This document shows positions 38,419 through 44,566 of a DNA stretch of 44,566 nt, piece after piece. Every line of letters starts with the position of its first letter. Position 1 is the stretch's first letter. Made by a program: the position numbers and the translations under genes. The notes under the pieces were generated by a model, which worked only from the letters and a program-made list of their open reading frames with translations, was not told the origin of the DNA and did not search any database. Source of the DNA: Basidiobolus meristosporus CBS 931.73. Lineage: Eukaryota > Fungi > Basidiobolomycota. Location of the stretch: contig MCFE01000691.1 of NCBI GenBank assembly GCA_002104905.1, forward strand, positions 1-44,566, given 5' to 3'.

Positions 38419-38584
38419 CTCTTTTGATTTTAGTTCTTGTAGAGAAAACCTATATTTTGGAGGTAATGAATCTCTCCTCCTTGATCTGACTCTACAAATT
38501 AAGTAAAATCCGAGATCGTTTTGACTATATGGTTTACTACGGACTGAAAATGATCTAAATCGTAAAGCTACTACCCATAAATCC

Positions 38585-38656
38585 GGCTCTATGGTCTAGT
38601 AGTATGATTCTCGCTTTGGGTGCGAGAGGTCGCGGGTTCAATTCCCGCTGGAGCCC
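38585..38656 (+). tRNA. tRNA-Pro(TGG)
   Basis: Inverted copy of 37049-37120. Confidence 0.95.
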
Positions 38657-38957
38657 GATCTCTTTTTGGTTTTTGATGTATTTCGGTGAACCATTGTACA
38701 TTGTTACATATCAACTACACTTCCTCAAGGGATTGTATGTTTTTATGTATCTATTGAAGAGGAGTAACTATATGGACAATACAAAGAACCTAGCATGGAT
38801 ATGCAGTCTCCGGTTTTTGCTCGAGTTTCAAATCGATATTAGCGCTGATGAGTACAATTGAGCCCGGCTCTATTCATAACTGCTGGTGGTACATTCTCGT
38901 ACCACTACAGGAGACTCAAAAATGACAAATAGCAACCAATTTCCCCGTAGCTTAGAA

Positions 38958-39030
38958 GCTTCCTTAGCGCAGTTGGCAGCGCGTTAGTCTCATAATCTGA
39001 AGGTCGCCAGTTCGATCCTGGCAGGGAGCA
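38958..39030 (+). tRNA. tRNA-Met(CAT), elongator type
   Basis: Inverted copy of 36675-36747. Confidence 0.94.
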
Positions 39031-39378
39031 ATCTTTTGCACCTGGCGGGTTGCAGTCTACGTTTCTGTCAAGTATATTTTTTTGTAGAAGGCAATGCCTA
39101 CATAAGCTTCTATCTTCATAGCACTGCTTATTGGTAAGAATATGCTGAGTTCATAATCTGACTATCTGGAGCACTCTGCTAAGATGAGCAAAGTATAGCA
39201 TACTACTGGTTTGTTTTTGAGCTCAGGCCTACTGTAGATAAATTTCTACAGTGGAAGAGCATTTAGCTCCAATACAGGTGGAATATCATGTACAATGCCT
39301 TTGCATTAGAATGTCTAGAAAGGTAAATAGGAAATCGATTTAGTCTTTAGCACGCAACCGCTTCTTCTGTTACTAATT

Positions 39379-39452
39379 GCCCCCGTGGCCTAATTGGATA
39401 AGGCATCAGACTTCTAATCTGAGGATTGTGGGTTCGAGTCCCACCGGGGGTG
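39379..39452 (+). tRNA. tRNA-Arg(TCT)
   Basis: Inverted copy of 36253-36326. Confidence 0.95.
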
Positions 39453-39824
39453 AGTATTTTACTTTTTTGGCAAATAAGCTATTGGCATACTGTAAGTTTG
39501 TATACTAACGGATGGTTACTTGTGTGCTGTACTCGATGTAGATTTTGTGACAGCCGAGAATTCTTGCTCTCATTTCGCTAGGGTGATCACACATTCTGTG
39601 GCAGGACCTCCTCGGAATACCTTTAGGTAAGCTCGCTTGGACGCTCTGGGGCTGGGCCCATATTTCAACATAGGATATTGGTGGGATATGTTTGTATTTA
39701 TTTTTATATATGGGCAGCTTTTGGCCCGCATGAAGGAGTCCGCCCAAGAATTACCGTATACTGCCATTGAAACGGGTCGTTTCTCTTTAGTAAAAAGCTA
39801 TGAACGAAAGTACACAAAAGATTA

Positions 39825-39896
39825 TTCCCCATCGGGGAATCGAACCCCGGCCGTCTCGGTGAAAGCGAGAAATCCTAACCACTGGACCAATGAGGA
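39825..39896 (-). tRNA. tRNA-Glu(TTC)
   Basis: Inverted copy of 35809-35880. Confidence 0.95.
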
Positions 39897-40513
39897 ATTA
39901 TATACCTAGCTTTCTTGCGCTTGCCGTTTATCATGCTGTGTTTCCTCTCCAGAACTGTATGATCGATTCTCTTGGCTTTAATCTACTCTCCTGCCACATA
40001 GGCTGTTTTGGAGATCTATACGCATTTCTTGTCATTCTTTGAAGCTTGAAACTTGCCATGGCGTCTCCTATGAAATTACGCGATCCATAGTATCTCCTTG
40101 TCACGAGGTTTGGTGCTCCAATATCATGCATCAGATCAAACTTCTAATCATAAGCAGGAAACGAATTGCTTTGTTACAAGTATCTGGTGCCTTTTGTGGA
40201 ATCCTGGTAGCTTCATGGTTGCATTTTATACATCTGTGTCTCACGTCTAGGGTTGGCTAAAAATTGAGAATTATTTTAAAGTTGGGGAGCCCAGCAAACA
40301 CTATGCCAACTATGAAAAATTTTTGCATAACCGGGTGTATTATTTCTAAGGCCAAACAGCCGGCCGCTATCAATCCTCCGTGATTTGAACTCGGCCATCA
40401 GCACCTCCAGTAGACTATCTATCTACTATGCTATACCCCACCATTGCTAAGATAATGCTGTTCCAATACATTAAAATGATTTCGTATCAATGAGAATACA
40501 TGAAAAAAAGGAA

Positions 40514-40595
40514 CGACACCTGCAGGATTCGAACCTGCGCTCCCATAGGGAAATGCCTTAGCAGGGCACCGCGTTAACCACTCCGCCAAAGTGTC
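40514..40595 (-). tRNA. tRNA-Ser(GCT)
   Basis: Inverted copy of 35110-35191. Confidence 0.95.
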
Positions 40596-40952
40596 ATTAC
40601 TGATGATGTACTCTTTGTAGAAAATTCTTATAGCCCTATGATTACTTCCCACACGGTAGTTCTTCCATGGGGAATGGCTCAGAGGTTATACCTGTTACTG
40701 GCGTAGGCCTGGTAGGTATAGGTCTCCGTGGCTTTGTATTTCATGAATCCCCTAACCCAATTCACATCAGCGTTTGTGTATCATTCCGCTGCAGACAAGT
40801 GGCAGGCTCTAGTAGGAGGTGGAGGTGACTGTCCAGCTAACAGTGGTATGGCTGGGAAATTGGTTTTGCTATATTGGAGCACATACGTGTGCATGTATGC
40901 GTACATATTATTTGAAGGTATTCATATACATAGATCTCACTAGATTGTGTGA

Positions 40953-41025
40953 GCCCGAATAGCTCAGTCGGTAGAGCATGAGACTTTTAATCTTAGGGTC
41001 GGGGGTTCGAGCCCCCCTTTGGGCG
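40953..41025 (+). tRNA. tRNA-Lys(TTT)
   Basis: Inverted copy of 34680-34752. Confidence 0.95.
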
Positions 41026-41370
41026 ATACTTTTTCTTTTTAACTTCTATATCTGTACACCTTTTGTTTCACTAGAATCTATCGCTTTTACATTGCCTATT
41101 CGATGAGGATGCTCATTCCTACACAACTCCCTACTTTCGTACAAGGGAAATGGTCCCTTTTTTGGTTCGTCCCTCCCCCTTTGGATACATGCCTTATTCG
41201 ATTTTTCATGGTTGTATCCAGGCTGAGCCCGATCATTGATTGTTGGCATACTATCCAAGGATTTGGATGTAAGTTAGGGAGGCTGTCCGACAGGTTTGCC
41301 GGAAAGCATTGCCAGTAGTACCAATTAAAATTAATAGAATATTATTTCTAATTTTTTATATAACTAACAG

Positions 41371-41441
41371 GCGCTAGTAGTATAGCGGTAGAATAACTGC
41401 CTTCCAAGCAGTTGGCCTGGGTTCGACTCCCAGCTAGCGCA
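41371..41441 (+). tRNA. tRNA-Gly(TCC)
   Basis: Inverted copy of 34264-34334. Confidence 0.95.
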
Positions 41442-41590
41442 CATTTATTTTTCATTTTTCTCACTCACCCACCATTACCCGGCAAAGGACGGCTGGGCCC
41501 CAGGGGTGGAGGGATCTGGCGCAGAGCATATCCACAACCCATCACCATGATAGGCCAAAAGCGGGGAGTGAGAAAAATGAAAAATAAATG

Positions 41591-41661
41591 TGCGCTAGCT
41601 GGGAGTCGAACCCAGGCCAACTGCTTGGAAGGCAGTTATTCTACCGCTATACTACTAGCGC
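41591..41661 (-). tRNA. tRNA-Gly(TCC)
   Basis: Unit 3 copy with the same cloverleaf. Confidence 0.95.
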
Positions 41662-42005
41662 CTGTTAGTTATATAAAAAATTAGAATAATATTCTATTAA
41701 TTTTAATTGGTACTACTGGCAATGCTTTCCGGCAAACCTGTCGGACAGCCTCCCTAACTTACATCCAAATCCTTGGATAGTATGCCAACAATCAATGATC
41801 GGGCTCAGCCTGGATACAACCATGAAAAATCGAATAAGGCATGTATCCAAAGGGGGAGGGACGAACCAAAAAAGGGACCATTTCCCTTGTACGAAAGTAG
41901 GGAGTTGTGTAGGAATGAGCATCCTCATCGAATAGGCAATGTAAAAGCGATAGATTCTAGTGAAACAAAAGGTGTACAGATATAGAAGTTAAAAAGAAAA
42001 AGTAT

Positions 42006-42078
42006 CGCCCAAAGGGGGGCTCGAACCCCCGACCCTAAGATTAAAAGTCTCATGCTCTACCGACTGAGCTATTCGGGC
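42006..42078 (-). tRNA. tRNA-Lys(TTT)
   Basis: Unit 3 copy. Confidence 0.95.
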
Positions 42079-42435
42079 TCACACAATCTAGTGAGATCTA
42101 TGTATATGAATACCTTCAAATAATATGTACGCATACATGCACACGTATGTGCTCCAATATAGCAAAACCAATTTCCCAGCCATACCACTGTTAGCTGGAC
42201 AGTCACCTCCACCTCCTACTAGAGCCTGCCACTTGTCTGCAGCGGAATGATACACAAACGCTGATGTGAATTGGGTTAGGGGATTCATGAAATACAAAGC
42301 CACGGAGACCTATACCTACCAGGCCTACGCCAGTAACAGGTATAACCTCTGAGCCATTCCCCATGGAAGAACTACCGTGTGGGAAGTAATCATAGGGCTA
42401 TAAGAATTTTCTACAAAGAGTACATCATCAGTAAT

Positions 42436-42517
42436 GACACTTTGGCGGAGTGGTTAACGCGGTGCCCTGCTAAGGCATTTCCCTATGGGAGCGCAGGTTC
42501 GAATCCTGCAGGTGTCG
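42436..42517 (+). tRNA. tRNA-Ser(GCT)
   Basis: Unit 3 copy. Confidence 0.95.
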
Positions 42518-43133
42518 TTCCTTTTTTTCATGTATTCTCATTGATACGAAATCATTTTAATGTATTGGAACAGCATTATCTTAGCAATGGTGGGGTATAG
42601 CATAGTAGATAGATAGTCTACTGGAGGTGCTGATGGCCGAGTTCAAATCACGGAGGATTGATAGCGGCCGGCTGTTTGGCCTTAGAAATAATACACCCGG
42701 TTATGCAAAAATTTTTCATAGTTGGCATAGTGTTTGCTGGGCTCCCCAACTTTAAAATAATTCTCAATTTTTAGCCAACCCTAGACGTGAGACACAGATG
42801 TATAAAATGCAACCATGAAGCTACCAGGATTCCACAAAAGGCACCAGATACTTGTAACAAAGCAATTCGTTTCCTGCTTATGATTAGAAGTTTGATCTGA
42901 TGCATGATATTGGAGCACCAAACCTCGTGACAAGGAGATACTATGGATCGCGTAATTTCATAGGAGACGCCATGGCAAGTTTCAAGCTTCAAAGAATGAC
43001 AAGAAATGCGTATAGATCTCCAAAACAGCCTATGTGGCAGGAGAGTAGATTAAAGCCAAGAGAATCGATCATACAGTCTGGAGAGGAAACACAGCATGAT
43101 AAACGGCAAGCGCAAGAAAGCTAGGTATATAAT

Positions 43134-43205
43134 TCCTCATTGGTCCAGTGGTTAGGATTTCTCGCTTTCACCGAGACGGCCGGGGTTCGATTCCCCGATG
43201 GGGAA
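43134..43205 (+). tRNA. tRNA-Glu(TTC)
   Basis: Unit 3 copy. Confidence 0.95.
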
Positions 43206-43577
43206 TAATCTTTTGTGTACTTTCGTTCATAGCTTTTTACTAAAGAGAAACGACCCGTTTCAATGGCAGTATACGGTAATTCTTGGGCGGACTCCTTCAT
43301 GCGGGCCAAAAGCTGCCCATATATAAAAATAAATACAAACATATCCCACCAATATCCTATGTTGAAATATGGGCCCAGCCCCAGAGCGTCCAAGCGAGCT
43401 TACCTAAAGGTATTCCGAGGAGGTCCTGCCACAGAATGTGTGATCACCCTAGCGAAATGAGAGCAAGAATTCTCGGCTGTCACAAAATCTACATCGAGTA
43501 CAGCACACAAGTAACCATCCGTTAGTATACAAACTTACAGTATGCCAATAGCTTATTTGCCAAAAAAGTAAAATACT

Positions 43578-43651
43578 CACCCCCGGTGGGACTCGAACCC
43601 ACAATCCTCAGATTAGAAGTCTGATGCCTTATCCAATTAGGCCACGGGGGC
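43578..43651 (-). tRNA. tRNA-Arg(TCT)
   Basis: Unit 3 copy. Confidence 0.95.
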
Positions 43652-43999
43652 AATTAGTAACAGAAGAAGCGGTTGCGTGCTAAAGACTAAATCGATTTCC
43701 TATTTACCTTTCTAGACATTCTAATGCAAAGGCATTGTACATGATATTCCACCTGTATTGGAGCTAAATGCTCTTCCACTGTAGAAATTTATCTACAGTA
43801 GGCCTGAGCTCAAAAACAAACCAGTAGTATGCTATACTTTGCTCATCTTAGCAGAGTGCTCCAGATAGTCAGATTATGAACTCAGCATATTCTTACCAAT
43901 AAGCAGTGCTATGAAGATAGAAGCTTATGTAGGCATTGCCTTCTACAAAAAAATATACTTGACAGAAACGTAGACTGCAACCCGCCAGGTGCAAAAGAT

Positions 44000-44072
44000 T
44001 GCTCCCTGCCAGGATCGAACTGGCGACCTTCAGATTATGAGACTAACGCGCTGCCAACTGCGCTAAGGAAGC
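44000..44072 (-). tRNA. tRNA-Met(CAT), elongator type
   Basis: Unit 3 copy. Confidence 0.94.
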
Positions 44073-44373
44073 TTCTAAGCTACGGGGAAATTGGTTGCTA
44101 TTTGTCATTTTTGAGTCTCCTGTAGTGGTACGAGAATGTACCACCAGCAGTTATGAATAGAGCCGGGCTCAATTGTACTCATCAGCGCTAATATCGATTT
44201 GAAACTCGAGCAAAAACCGGAGACTGCATATCCATGCTAGGTTCTTTGTATTGTCCATATAGTTACTCCTCTTCAATAGATACATAAAAACATACAATCC
44301 CTTGAGGAAGTGTAGTTGATATGTAACAATGTACAATGGTTCACCGAAATACATCAAAAACCAAAAAGAGATC

Positions 44374-44445
44374 GGGCTCCAGCGGGAATTGAACCCGCGA
44401 CCTCTCGCACCCAAAGCGAGAATCATACTACTAGACCATAGAGCC
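44374..44445 (-). tRNA. tRNA-Pro(TGG)
   Basis: Unit 3 copy. Confidence 0.95.
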
Positions 44446-44566
44446 GGATTTATGGGTAGTAGCTTTACGATTTAGATCATTTTCAGTCCGTAGTAAACCA
44501 TATAGTCAAAACGATCTCGGATTTTACTTAATTTGTAGAGTCAGATCAAGGAGGAGAGATTCATTG

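Larger units (their letters stand above)
37899..41466 (-). repeat. tRNA-array unit 2 (inverted, 9 tRNA genes)
   Basis: Reverse complement of unit 1. Mirrored tRNA coordinates all sum to 75705. Confidence 0.95.
41467..44566 (+). repeat. tRNA-array unit 3 (forward, truncated by the window end, 7 tRNA genes)
   Basis: Matches unit 1 from 34140 at an offset of 7327, falling to 7325 after two 1-bp deletions. Confidence 0.95.

Noticed and set aside
34387-44426. Repeated 65-90 aa ORFs in the array (for example MILALGARG..., MDALGLGPY...)
   Set aside because: They lie in array spacers or overlap tRNA genes, several have non-ATG starts and none resembles a protein family. They recur only because the unit is repeated.
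33943-44566. Array as a transposon, SINE or rDNA repeat
   Set aside because: I recognised no transposase, RT or integrase ORF, no LTR, TIR or TSD, and no 5S, 5.8S, 18S or 28S sequence. The tRNAs are full-length with their own terminators.

Overview
Eukaryotic nuclear DNA, most likely from an early-diverging fungus (inference from short GT-AG introns with CTAAC/CTGAC branch points and the protein families present). Bases 1-33,933 are a compact block of 16 recognisable protein-coding genes: MTF1-like, NDUFS1, ARMT1/DUF89, PPZ-type phosphatase, PMT1, Miro/GEM1, eIF4E, HSE1/STAM, VMA9, COX10, YTM1, ADIP-like, a 4E-T-like eIF4E-binding protein, NIT3-like amidase, a fasciclin protein and a secreted tyrosinase. 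From about 33,943 to the end of the window the sequence is a near-identical ~3.76-kb repeat. Each unit carries nine different intronless tRNA genes: Gly-TCC, Lys-TTT, Ser-GCT, Glu-TTC, Arg-TCT, Met-CAT, Pro-TGG, Asp-GTC and Gln-TTG, 25 tRNA genes in total here. The units run forward / inverted / forward, and both inversion junctions fall at the same CTCACTC heptamer. This multi-tRNA palindromic array is the most unusual feature. Part of its architecture, notably the first fold-back, could be a long-read assembly artefact. All gene calls rest on motif recognition by eye; no searches were run.
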